From the NCBI GenBank assembly GCA_905178155.1, contig CAJINV010000010.1, forward strand, positions 3,554,587 through 3,618,586: a DNA stretch of 64,000 bases. Reading direction: 5' to 3'. This DNA comes from Amoebophrya sp. A120. Its lineage: Eukaryota > Protista > Dinoflagellata. Below are positions 35,446 through 47,931 of the stretch, piece by piece. The translations under genes and the position numbers were made by a program. The notes beneath the pieces were generated by a model. The model had not been told where the DNA came from. It was given only the letters and a program-made list of their open reading frames with translations, and made no database searches. Numbering within the stretch: the stretch's first letter is position 1; each line of letters starts with the position of its first letter.

Positions 35446-37892
35446 TCAGCAGCAATGGCAATTCACCGCTCGATAACCAAGTGAGAAAAGATTTTCACTG
35501 GCCGTCTTTTCGTAGTAAACCGACACTTCTCCTGCCACCCGATCAGGCGTCGGCGCCAGCCTGACCACAGAGCCCAGGTTCATGTAATTTTTACCGCCCC
35601 CGTAATACGCGGCGGCGAACGTAAAAAAAACTGGAGGAGTTGGTAAAGCTTCTGAAGCTATTTCTGGATGTTTGTCGACTGGATATTTGTCGAGGTCGTC
35701 GAACAGTTCGCGGCGAAACTGGACCATGTCCTCTTGACCATTTATCTCGGTCCACGGCTGGTGGCCGCGAAAGTACATCAACGGCGGCGCTTTAGCACTT
35801 CCTTTCTTAGCCAAGTCTCCTTGGCTTGCCAAGGCTTCTTTTGTGAAGTACTTGACGCGTTCAAGGCCGTTATTACCTGGACCATCTGACAGGATCCCAG
35901 GGCAGCGGACACCCGCGTTCCCCTCTTTGCTTTCCATGCGTGGTTTTCCCCGATGATTCTTGAAGTATTGATGGCGGTGTCCAGGATCCGGGTCCGACCA
36001 CAACAACTCGTTCGGGCAGTTCTCGTCAAACTCCATCTGCTCGGACAAGTACATATCCGGGAACACTCCGTCTACGAGCTTGTTGAATTCAGTGTCAGGC
36101 TCTTCTTTCTCGGAAGGAACGCTCAGCGTTTCTGCCCTCTCTTTGATCACACCTTCCTTCGCCGCGGTGATGGCGTGCGTTTCATCATCCACGATGGCCC
36201 TTGCGAATAGGTTCACGCGCTGTAAATCCTCGAACGACTGGCATCGCCCAGAAAAGTGCCAACCTTGGTCGTTGCTTATGTGTAACGCGACAAGTCGCGT
36301 CGACCACTACAAGGCGTGCGCTTTCGCACGCCTGCAGTGCCTTCATCATATTTGCGTTGCTACAAATGCACGAAACGCATGCAAAGCAGACATCTTTATG
36401 CGCGATAGCTTCAGCCGTTCGCTGAAGCCGCCGTGAACTCCGACAGCTTCGCCTCCGTAAATTCTGACAGCGAGCGGCAGTGTCGGGAAGAACGTGCGGG
36501 AGACAAATCGAAACGCATTTTCTTTCTCCAATTTTGTTCCGCCGATTTTCTCAAAACTGTTCCACTCGGTAGACATCGTGTTGCCTCTATCTGTTTGGCT
36601 AATTTGGTTCAGCGTCTCGTGATTTCCTCGCAGAAGCACGACGTTCCGGGGAAATTTTGACTGCAGGAACAATATCAAGAATGTCGTAAGCTAGCTTTCC
36701 AGATGAAAACACTGTTTGTCCCCCACTGTGAAACCAACCAAGCTCACACCAACGCAGATTCTGCAGCCAAAGGGCCGTGTCATGGTCCCACCCAACGAAC
36801 GAGCATGGTCCAACACAAATCCTATTCACTCTCATTGGCCTGCTACCAATGCCCGCAGTGAAGCCAAAGCGGTATGGCGACTTTTCGATGTATCTCAGCT
36901 CCTCACCTTCATTGCAGGTAGCGCAGATCATGCGAGAAAGCACGCATGTCGATTGGCGGACAGCAGTCCATCTTCATCATCATCTAACAGCACGGCGGGC
37001 GGGTGCGTGCAATGGGTTGGGACCTTGTTTGACGCAACAGTAGATAAACAGTAGCATGACCAAGCGGCCGAAGCCTGCGAAAGCGAACCTGCTACCAAGA
37101 GTTTTTAAAGACCACGCCTACTTTAGTGCTGGTTCCGCGGTAAGGCATTCGGACCACTTACAGTAGCACCTACAGCAGCAAGCGAAAACATGATCAAGTG
37201 TTTGTGAGTGTACGCAACGCAGAGCTGAGACTGATTTGCACATGCTAAATCCTCACCTTCAATTATGTATTCAGGGGTGGGAGCAAACACCTCATCTCAT
37301 ACCAGCTATCTCCCTTGACTTGGGCCTTGTCCGCGTAATCACCGAGGAAAACGAGTTTGCCGCCGCAGTTCTGAATGCCTTTGTTGCTGATCTCCGGTAA
37401 ATTCGTAATCAATCGCCACAGCTCGTCGAGGGACCCGTGTACATCACCAATAACGCGAATGCTGGGAAAGAATCGCATCCGTAGCCATACACACAACAAA
37501 CAAGTCACATAAACCCAATTTCGCATCCGCCTGCAGTTTCTTTTTCTGAACTTTCCGAGAGAAAGCTTTACGATGTACTTTCTTTCTACGGACACGATTC
37601 TTTTGCCCTGCGTACTGTAGACAAACTCGCATGGGTCGTCGTGCACAGCATTCTCCCCGCACGTTTCAACTGCCAATGGAAGAAAGTTTTTCTTTCCTTC
37701 TTTTTCGTGTTCCGTGATTTTATCTCGCAAAAATTTGGTGTAGGACTTCATTATGGCGGGCACGTTCTCCCTTAGTAGTGCCACTATCGCTCCGCGATCG
37801 TAGCCTTTTGGGTCGGCTAAACGCTGGGCGAGATCAGCATCGTAGGTTGAGGCGTCTTCGCCAGATACAGCCGTGGTTACTTGCGCGCCCAT
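35446..37892 (-). CDS. Divergent PPP-family Ser/Thr protein phosphatase (calcineurin-like metallophosphoesterase), multi-exon
   Basis: Motifs in the expected order: IGDVHG, VFLGDYADK, LLRGNHE, GVHGG, LLWSDP, RGHQ, FTFAAAYY. N-terminal MGAQVTT. The first intron resolves as GT-AG. Confidence 0.88.
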
Positions 37893-40800
37893 CTTGAGCT
37901 CAAATGCGAGCCGATGAGGTAGTCAAATTCTTCTGGCAGTAATGAAGCGCGCTTGTGCCAAGGGGTGCAGGGGTCTAGAAGACAACTGCTGTGGGGATTG
38001 TAGCAGCGGGGCTTCACGCTTCTTCTTATTCCTCGGGGAAAATAACAATTACCCTGCTGCATTTCGTGATCTAGAGATATGAGTAAGTAACGCTTTACAA
38101 ATAGTTCTAGCGGTGCGGCTTTTCCATACGTAGAAAACGCCTAGCCGTACCTTTTACAAAGACATTTGCATCTACGAAAGCGCTTTTCGGTGAGAGCCAC
38201 CTACCGGTGACTTTCCCACTCGCGTCAATGTGCTGAAGCTGTAGTCCAGTCGCAGCAGCACTTAACCGACAAACAAAGAGACCACGTCGACTAGCCTCGT
38301 AGACAAAACATTGTCCTGTAGTACGACAAAACGAAAGAACCGAAACTTGGCCTCCCTCGGCAACCGAAAGAATCAAATGAAATTGCAGGGACTCCGACAG
38401 CTGCGTCTAAGAATAATACTCATCACGGACGAACAATATTCATGAACGGAAAAAAGTAGAAGGGGCAACACCGAAAAAGACCAGTGACGCAGTGACCGAC
38501 TCCAGCTCGTTTTCTGCGAAGTTCTCCAAGTGCTGCGCTCTCGTACGTATTCGATTCTGTTCGCATACGCCAGCTGTATCAAACGCACAGCAAGTTGCGA
38601 GAATGCAAAAACCGAATCGCGCGGGCTCCGCTTACAGTTGAAACCAGTTCTACGAAATGCGAGAGGAATTGCAATTTGCGAGGTGCATCATAAGGATGAT
38701 GCTGTCTTCTACTCCTCGCAAAGTGAATGCCTTTCATCATGCGGCACCATCGTAGACAAATTTGTCGCAGAACAGGACCACGAACCGAAGCGTGAGAGCT
38801 GCCGGAAACAGGAATGAACGCGACGCGACCGAAGCCATAATATAGTAATTCCATCTACAGGCAAACCGAAAGCAACTGGAACCCATCGCACTCTCGGACG
38901 ACCACGTCAAAGTCAGATGGAAGTACCGAAGCAAAAGGGGCAGAACCGAAGAGAGAGCCTCCAACGACACCGGGAAGCATATCAATTCCTCCCGCTGGGC
39001 TATTGGTACGGAGATCACGCAAGGGTCGGACCGACTGCTTCACGGCACAGCAGAGCACCGGCTCAACTAAAAACGGAATCCGAAACGGGCGCGAGACCCC
39101 GCTGCAGAAACCGGGGCTCCTCGGTGTCTGCTCAATACGTCTGGCCTCATCAGCGAAAGCACACCCGACGACGGCTCGCCGGCCGCCGGGCGGAGAAAGT
39201 GCTGCGGGGTGTCGCCGCTGCGGCCCGGCCCTCCAGGAAGGACGAGAAGTCTCACTACCTTGTATCAGCAGAAGAGCCCCGCGCGCCGCCCCGCGACCCG
39301 GCCCTTCCAGAAGAACGGTCGGCGAGACTGTGCCGCGGGCACTGCGCGGACACCGGCCTGGGCAGGGGCGCCGTGGTGGCAGTTTCTCAGCGCGGCGCGT
39401 GTGCATTCCGTACTGGAAGCAAGCGGGCCGCGTGGAGTCGCCCCTTCTCGCAATCGCGTGCGCCCGCTGCTACCAAGGGGTCGCGGGCGGGGGCGCGACG
39501 ACGGCCGCAGCCCGGGGGCGGGGGGGGGGGGGCGCGATAAAAGCGCACGCCCCTTCGCCTCCAGGCTGGCAGCCCACGCGACTCTGCACTGCCGCACCCG
39601 GCAAGCGGCTACGCATGCGCGGCCAGGCCAAAGAGTCGCGCCACGGCTTGTCCTAGGGTGAAGAACCTGTGCAACAGCCCGTGAGCAGGGCCCGGCCCCG
39701 GGCAGGTTTGCGACCGGGGCCCGGTCTACACAAGCTATTGGGCCGCGATGTGTCGAGCAGCCCCGGCAATTTCGCTGCGTCCTGCCTCAAAGCAAGGCAG
39801 TTGTCGCCGGGTACGCGCGCAGTTTTCTGCTAGCAGGCCCAGGCAACGGGGCGAGTTTGTGCTCGCTGTATGTCGCCAGTCGACCGCGCATGTGCCGCAC
39901 GGCACAGTGGACGTCGTACATGAGGTGGCTCTACGGCCCGGAGACTCCGGACGTTCGGGCCAAGAACCTCCTATGCACGACCCGGGGGAGCTGAGCTTAG
40001 GGAGGCGAAATCATGCACTTCCGTGCGCTTTCGTGGCCAAGTTCTGGGCCCGAAGGGCAGAAAACCACCAGGCATTGCTACTGTTTGTTTTGAATACAAT
40101 AATTCATGTGCCCCGGAGCTTCAAACTGCTGCTTCCTGTTTATGGGCCCCGGAGTTGCAGAAATCCGCGCCACCCGGCCCGAGCGTTGTCATAATTCACC
40201 CGACTGCGCCCCGCCGGGGCGTTATTTTGCAGAAACCCACGGCGAGGCGTATCGATATGCATCATGGCGCCTTAAAGGCCGCGAGGTTTTACTACTTTAC
40301 CCTGCCAAAGCGCGAGGCCTTGCGACCTAGGCCGGCACGCCTGCTAGGTTCTGCGACTTTGGGACTTCGGCTGGCAAAAGCCCGAGGCCTTGCGGCGTTC
40401 TGCAACTTTGGTCGGCAGCCCCGCGACTTTATTGGCCGCAGCCCGGGAGCCAGTCGCAGGGCCGTCCGGCCGCCGAAGAGCACCGCAACCGGGGGCGTCG
40501 CTGAGGCGAGATCGTGCTCGCCCGAGTGCTAGCGCCAGAGACTGGAGCGGCTTCAGCGGCCGCGCCCGGCGGTGGGCAATCCGGGAGCACCGAACAAAGG
40601 GGCGAACGCGAATCCGCAGAGGCGCTTCCGGGGGCGGCGCGCAACACGCCCCGCGGTGACAAGCCACCGGGGCGCAACAAGTCCTGCAAACTGGATCACG
40701 GTAAGAGCCGGAGAAGCGCGCAGCAAGCGCGCTGATACGACTGCACTAATCAAAGGGCCCAAGGGCGGGAAAACGAAAACTGCTCGGGGCACAACCGAGT

Positions 40801-41080
40801 GCCCCCGGAGCAGCTTTCCCTACTGCCAAAACAAACAAAGCCGACAAACGAAAGGCCCTGTAGGGTCCGGGGCCGCACTTCCGCGAAGCGCAGCGCAACC
40901 GAATCGCGACAAGATGACGACGCCACAGCCTGGTAAGAAGCGACAAAGTTGTGTAGCGTGCTCTCCAAAGGAAACTGATGCAGCCGCATGCGGAGAGTAA
41001 GATCCAGCAGGGGCCCTGCCGTCAGAGGACCCCCCAAGCCGACGAAGGCCCCCTAGGCGGCGGACGTCCCTTCCGGCAAG

Positions 41081-41190
41081 CGGGCACCGGAGACCGGGCG
41101 CGGGCGCCGGAGACCGGGCGCGGGCACCGGAGACCGGGCGCGGGCACCGGAGACTGGGCGCGGGCGCCGGAGACCGGGCGCGGGCACCAG
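41081..41190 (+). repeat. 20-bp GC-rich minisatellite, about 5.5 copies
   Basis: cggg(ca/cg)ccggagaccgggcg in tandem. Confidence 0.9.
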
Positions 41191-41214
41191 AGGGAGAAGC
41201 ATCGCGACCCACGC

Positions 41215-41990
41215 TGACAGATGTGCAAACAATCGTCATCCATGCCGATATATGCGCAAACAATTGTGATGCGCGCCGGCAGATGCGCAAAAAATTGTCA
41301 TACACGCGGGCAGATGCGGAAAAAATTGCAATCCGCGCTAGCAAATGCGCAAAAAGTTGCCATCTGCATTGCCACATGCGCAAAAAATTGTGATACACAC
41401 GGGCAGATGCGCAAAAAATTGCAATTCACGTCGGCAAATACGCAAAAAGTTACGATCTGCGCTGGCACATGCGCAAAAAATCGCGATCTGCGCCAACAGA
41501 TACGCAAAGAATTGCGATTTGCGCAGGCAAGTGCTCAAAAAGTTGTGATCCGCGCGGGCAGGTGCTCAAAAAATCGGGCTTTGTGTGGGCAAGTGCGCAA
41601 AAAATTGCGATTTCCATGCGTAAGCTTGCAAAAAGTTATGAGCTGCGCCAGCTGATGCGCAAAAAGTCGCAATCTGCGCTGACTGATGCACAAAAAGTCC
41701 CGATCTACGCCGGCAAATTGGTAGAAAATTCTGACTCGGGCGAGTAGATGCCCAGAAAATTCTAATATGCGTCAGTAGATGCCTAGAAAGCGGGCAGATG
41801 TGCAAAAAATTCCAATTTGCGCCGGGAGATGCGCAAAAAATTGCAATCTGTGCCCCGATCCACGAATGCACATCCGAGAAGAATTGCAATCCGCACCAGC
41901 AGAAACGCAAAGAATTGCAATCCGCGCTGGCAGATGCAAAAATAATCGCGATCAGCGCTAGCAGATGTGCGAAAAAATCGCAATCTCATA
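41215..41990 (+). repeat. Degenerate 31-bp minisatellite, about 25 copies
   Basis: Consensus about gcagatgcgcaaaaaattgcaatccgcgctg; unit starts at 41281, 41312, 41343 and onward. Confidence 0.85.
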
Positions 41991-42123
41991 CTGCAATGGG
42001 TGCAGGCAAATGCTGTGATCTTTTATGGAGGAAAGACGAAAAATCGGACAGATTTGCCATCTGTCTGACTGTTTGCGCAAACAGATCACAATCTGCCTGG
42101 GCAGTATATGCAAAGGCACACCC

Positions 42124-45100
42124 TTTTACTCTGACTGGCCCGGCTAGTAGAATGGCATACCGTCTGGCCCTGATGAAACACAGCGCCCGGAGTGCGGGGC
42201 CAAGCGCAGTCGACCCTCGACTGAAGCGACAAGACCTGAAAAGCGGCACAGAAGCCGCATGAAGGGGGGTTGGCACCCTGAACAACAAGACACACAGCAA
42301 TGCCATCGCAAGTAACCCCCAAACAGCATCAGTCGCAAGTCGACTAAGCAACGACCCGCACTCCGAAGCCGTGAAAGCGTGCGCCGCGGGAGAACGGTGC
42401 GAACACCGCTCCCGGCACACATACGGTATGCCTAATCCACTCAGCCTTGCCGTACACACTGCCATGGGCAAGCGGATATAGAAAACCAAACGCCAATTGT
42501 CCGTGTACCAGAGAGATGGACACAGCTAAACCTGGGCACCACGCCACAGAGGGCGACGCCACTTTCTCCTCACTAGCAGGTGGCAGAGAGGGGAAAGACA
42601 CGCATCCCCGCGACTATACGCGAAAAACGAAGTGGATATGAAAATGCATGGCGCAAACAAAGTGGAAAGGGGCTGCGACTTGCCCGTACTAGATAACCGC
42701 GCTGATAACAAACGCAGCCTCCAAATTCTGAGCACACTCACTCCAGGCACATTTGGATTTGTCGCGCACCGGGGAAAATCTGATGTGTGGCGAACCAGCT
42801 GCCCGAGAGCTGCGCCTGTCTTTCACACCGAAGAGGCCAAGCAAACTCTCAAATGCCATGGGACAGAGCAAAACAGTGGACGAGAGGCACAGAAAGCCAA
42901 ACTTCCGACCATACTGGAAGAGAAAACGCGTGTCCTGGTAGCAGAAAAAACCCAAAGCAGGCGGGGCTGCAGCTGCCGGTCACTAGCACTTGCGCAGCAC
43001 AGTACGAGCCTGCGTGCACTCTGAATAAAATGACAATTTCTGCAGCGCAGCACGATAGAGCGTGAGCGACCACTGCAACACAGGGTGGGAGGAGTGGGGA
43101 AGAAAAACGGACAGAGACATCTTCTGTCACCGTAAATCTCCCTGCTGCCCTGTTTCTGGAGCTGTGGCTGATTTGCAGCCACCTCCAGAAACTCATATAT
43201 AGTAGCCCAAGAAGGGCAGCCACATCATAAAACACCGACCGCCAGCCACGGGGCTGGAACGAAGCACCCGCACGGTGGCCCGGCTGGGCCTATCTCCACG
43301 CGGGCCAGCAGAATCAAACTCCGGTCTCGTCCCTCGCCGTGTCATTTTATTCTGACTGGCCCGGCTAGTAGAATGGCATACCGTCTGGCCCTGATGAAAC
43401 ACAGCGCCCGGAGAGCGGGGCGAAGCGCAGTCGACCCTCGACTGAAGCGACAAGACCTGAAAAGCGGCACAGAAGCCGCATGAAGGGGGGTTGGCACCAT
43501 CGCCACCATCGCTCTGACGACAGGAAGAGGGGGCCGACCGAGGCCCAGAAAAAGACAACCCCCACCACGCTCTTCCGGGCGGAGGAGAGATGGACCAGTA
43601 GCGACAAATCAAGACAACGCATGCGCGGGCCGCTGCCAAGCGCGAAGCGGACACGCACTGCGCACGTGCGCAACGGCGCGACTGGCGTAGCCTGCATGTG
43701 CCTCAGCACGCGCCAAAGCCAGCAAGGCATTTTTGTATGTGGCAATCGCCCTGCGCAGCAACGAGTGCGGTCACTGAGGCCACAAATGTGGCGTGTGTAT
43801 CGCTGAATTCAAATTGCGGCACTATACAAATGCTTGAAAGCCCTAGCTGCTGGCAAACATGGGCCCGCAGCGAGCACAGCCGTACACCGCAGCGCGCTGC
43901 ACGCGAGCTAGTACTTACATACGGCATTCATTACGAATGCCTCATCGGCGACCTATAACAATGGCCGCGACCCTGGAACTGCAAATGCCCACTGAGCCCA
44001 GCGGGAATGGCGCGCCAGCAAATGCAAGGACGCTACGCGTGCCAGCGGCAATCACCTTCGCATAGGACTTACTAAGTAATTACGCGTGACGACAACTGGC
44101 GTCGCTGTTGCAGTTACGCCTGCATCTGAACAAATGGCGACGCTTTAATGGGCGGCAACTTTCAGAAGGCAGTCACTTCCTGTGCCTGATGTCAAACAAC
44201 AAACCGCCCTCAAGAGGAAGAGGCGGCGAAGCGCTGCTCCCGACGTGGGTCGGTTACAACGGCCTCGCGCCAAGGCACAAGTCCCGCCGCCCGCGTGGGG
44301 TGATCCCTACCGGGGTAGAGAACGACCGACCCACCACGGGAGCAGTGCTCGTCGCCTTTTCCTCCTGCTCTGCGCATCCCCTTAGCAAATTCTAGTTACA
44401 TAGAAGTCCAAAAGCGAGGATGCCTGGTGATCGGCACAAGCCTCCTTGTCCGGGGGGGGGGGGGGGGGGCGCAGCTTAACGACCGGTCCCTACTAATACC
44501 GGGGTGGCCTGGTAGAGCAGCGCAAAGGCAGGGCAACTGCGGCGAATTGTCCTCGGTGCCAAAAGCCTCGACATCCGAGGCCAAGCCCTACACAAGCACT
44601 AGAGTGAGCCCTCGAGCTGCAGCTCGTTCCAGCTGTCTCAGGTACTGACTAGTCCCACAGCAACCTCTAGCCTGTGCCACGTGCAGACAGAATTCAGCAC
44701 CGTGGCTTTTTGACACTCGACTTGATCTCGATCAGCAAGACCTTCGAAGGCCTCCATAGTGCCAACGGAGCCAAGCACGTGCCACGTAGGCCTTTCTGCT
44801 ACTTTCACCGCCCTTGAGGCTCCTGGGCACCGTGAAAAAAGGTCGGCCGGAGAGCATGGCCCGCGCTGCGTACGCAGTGCCTCAACGTACACTTCCGTAG
44901 AGACGAACGCCCTGGCACCAAAGACAACGGGGTCGGGCATAGGGCACAGTTAGCAGCCCTGGGAGTGCTGGATACCAACGCGACCTCTGCCCCGTCGGGC
45001 TTGAGCGGTGCAGCTACCGCGCACCGCGCTTAGTCTACCTTGGCCAATTTTGAATCACTCGAAACGTACACAAGTCAAGCTGAGGGGCGCCAGATAGCTG

Positions 45101-46441
45101 TGTGCGCTGCAGTCCCGCTGTGCATGTGCGGGCCGTGTGCCGAAACTCGTGAGCCACCTGAAATGACTAGTGGCCAGCAGTGCCGCAAACTTCGCGGTCG
45201 ACTGCTCCATCGTACATCACAAGCGCTGCCAAACAGCACCATACGCATGGTAGTGGCCAACGCGTACAAAACAAGCCGGGGAAAGCCGGCAGCCCGCGGC
45301 CCAACCGCCTACGGGCGGGTAAACATTCCGCAATATGCAGCTCGGGGAACCACGGCCTTAACGACCTTTGTCCCTACTGCTTAACCTACGGCGCAGCGCC
45401 TGATCAGCGCAGGCAATTCGCACTGGCATCCCAGGCAGACTTCGGCGCAGCCGTCGATCCCGCCGCCAAAGCGTGGTCGAATGGTACACAACGCGCTATG
45501 AGCAGGCCGACACGAGCCAAGACCAACTGGCTACCCTGTACTGCTCCAGTGGGCTCCCACTGGTGCTATGACGCCCTGCGAGCAGGTCGGGTCGGCACAC
45601 GCCGATCGCCTGCGCAAGTTTTCTGCAGGCCCGACGGGCTTCCAAAGGTGCTACATGCACTAAGCATAAGCAGGTCCTCGGCGTGTACCGATCACCAGCG
45701 TACATACTCTAACTGCCCCTGCGGGCTTCAAACTGTGCCGCGAGCACTACAAGCAGGTCGGCACACGCCGGACAGCTGCGCACTTACCTCCACTGCCGCA
45801 ACGGGCCGCCAGCGGTGCTACAAGCAGCGCAAGCAGGTCGGTACAGCCGTACACCTGCGCGCAAACTTTCAATGCCTCAACGGGCTGCCAACGGTGTTAC
45901 ACACACTACCAGCAGGCCAGCGCATGCTGGACGCCTGCACCCACACTGCCCTGCCGGGCTTCCAACGGTGCTACAACGCACTACCAGCAGGCCAGCACAC
46001 GCTGGACGCCTGCGCTCACACTGCCTCAACGGGCTCTAAACAGTGCCAACATGCACTAGAAACAGGCCGGGGAACGCCGGACACCTGTTGCCCCACTTAC
46101 CACAGTTCCCGGAGCTACAAACTACCACTACATACTGTGGAGACACATGGGAACTGCGGAGCCTGCATAGGGGGAGGACGGCTAAGCCCTACCAGGAGAA
46201 AAACGGACAGAGACATCTTCTGTCACCGTAAATCTCCCTGCTGCCCTGTTTCTGGAGCTGTGGCTGATTTGCAGCCACCTCCAGAAACTCATATATAGTA
46301 GCCCAAGAAGGGCAGCCACATCATAAAACACCGACCGCCAGCCACGGGGCTGGAACGAAGCACCCGCACGGTGGCCCGGCTGGGCCTATCTCCACGCGGG
46401 CCAGCAGAATCAAACTCCGGTCTCGTCCCTCGCCGTGTCAT
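42124..46441 (-). mobile_element. Non-autonomous split-direct-repeat element (A...BA...B), PAT/TOC1/Ngaro-type tyrosine-recombinase retrotransposon architecture
   Basis: A (245 bp) at 46197-46441 and 43101-43345; B (154 bp) at 43345-43498 and 42124-42277; B and A abut internally. No TSD seen and no RT or YR ORF. Confidence 0.75.
45480..46090 (+). repeat. Degenerate tandem repeat of about 74 bp inside the split-repeat element
   Basis: Recurring ggtgctacaacgcactaccagcaggccagcacacgctggacgcctgc...acgggct, for example at 45891 and 45965. Confidence 0.75.
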
Positions 46442-47931
46442 CAGACGGCCCTTCCGTCGCCGCACGGAGGGGCCTTGCTCGTGCGGGCACTGGAGCGCGC
46501 ACCTGACTCCAGCCGCCGTCTTTTGGCCGAGGGCGTCGAGGGGGGGGGGGGGGGGGGGGGGGCGCCCCCCCCCTCCGTCCCCGTCATGGGTCTGCCGCTT
46601 CTCGTGGGCCCTCGCCCCCGCTGGCATCCGCTGGCTATGCCCGGGGGGCGCCCGATCAAAAGGCCCGCGGCGGCCGCGCATGGGACTCCGCGCAGGCCAC
46701 AGGTGAGGCCCCTGGCTTCGATGCTGCGCCCCCGCGGCAGAGCGCCGACCATGCCGCCCTTTGCCCGGTCCGCAGCGGAGGAGTCCTGTCCGCATTTCCG
46801 CGAGCTCGCGCTCCGTCTGTTCGCACGGGAAGGGCGCTCGCGCTCGTGCAAACGCCCTGGGCCCATCGATATCGCTCACGACGCGCCGCGCGCCTTTCTT
46901 GTAATTTCGCTCGCCCACCATGCGCCCGCCCCGATGGAAAGGTTGCCTAGTATGCCGCCAAGCCTGTAATTCCCTCCGCCAATTGCTCATGCGAAAAACA
47001 TAGACCACGCATTTGCGGGCGAAGGAGGCACAGGCTCTGCTACCGCGCCGTCTCTTTCCATCCCGTTTTCGCACTCGACGATCCTCTTGCGGAAGAAGAA
47101 TCACTAAAGATAAACAGTAGAAAGTCGCATTAAGCATGCGCAACTTCACCGAATATTGTAGGCCTCGTGGCGGTCCGCTTGCCATTCATTCACTTCGACC
47201 CAGGCCATTTGTTTTGCTCTTTCACAAGACCAAAGATCGCGACAGGGCACCAGCGGCTGAAAAATCTCAGTATCTTATTCCGGTATTTTTCCTACCTAGA
47301 AGACCCGTCCCTGACCAGATGAACAAACGCCCTGGGAGTATCTATCGAAATCGAAACTACTCTGTTAGAACTGATAGAAATTACAGCTGCTCCGTCTTTA
47401 TGCTGGGAACAATATACAATACCGAAGTTGAAATTTGTCTTTGCAAGACCACGCTAGTACACTTCTCCCCCGAGCTGCAGTAGTGCTTTCGTTGACCAAC
47501 ATCAAAAAAGCTAACAATCATGGCAGTCACCGCCGCCGCGACAATAGGACGGGCACAGACTCGGTGGAAGTTTTCAAACTGGAGCTGACTTGGCGCCACG
47601 GTAGGCAACACAGCGATGTAGCACCATCGGGGGAAAACTCGTCTTGTCATGGAAATAATTGCTACACTGTGCCTCTTTTGAATTTTCGAAAACTTATCAG
47701 GTATCATCAGGCTGTTTAGATCCGTTTCGTTTGCCAGGTTTGTGCTGAATCGGTTCCGTTATAGATTTATTTTTTGCGCTGTATGTTGTGCATTTTATGC
47801 ATGATCAGCTCCAGTTTGAAGAGTTCCAAATTGACGCTTCCATAGACCACGTCGCACGAGCAGCTCGTGGTGGAGGTTATGACAAATAAAAAACGTTTCG
47901 TGTTGCGCAGCGACCGGCAAGGACAAAACTT

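Noticed and set aside
43385-43460. Hammerhead ribozyme in repeat B (CTGATGA core)
   Set aside because: No correctly placed GAAA after a stem II and no convincing stem I/III closure by eye; an Infernal search would settle it.
45180-46298. 372-aa plus-strand ORF and other long overlapping ORFs in 39-47 kb
   Set aside because: They arise from GC-rich tandem repeats with few stop codons; no gag, RT or recombinase motifs.
39000-47000. rDNA unit or spacer suggested by high GC and subrepeats
   Set aside because: No conserved 18S, 5.8S, 28S or 5S sequence was recognised.
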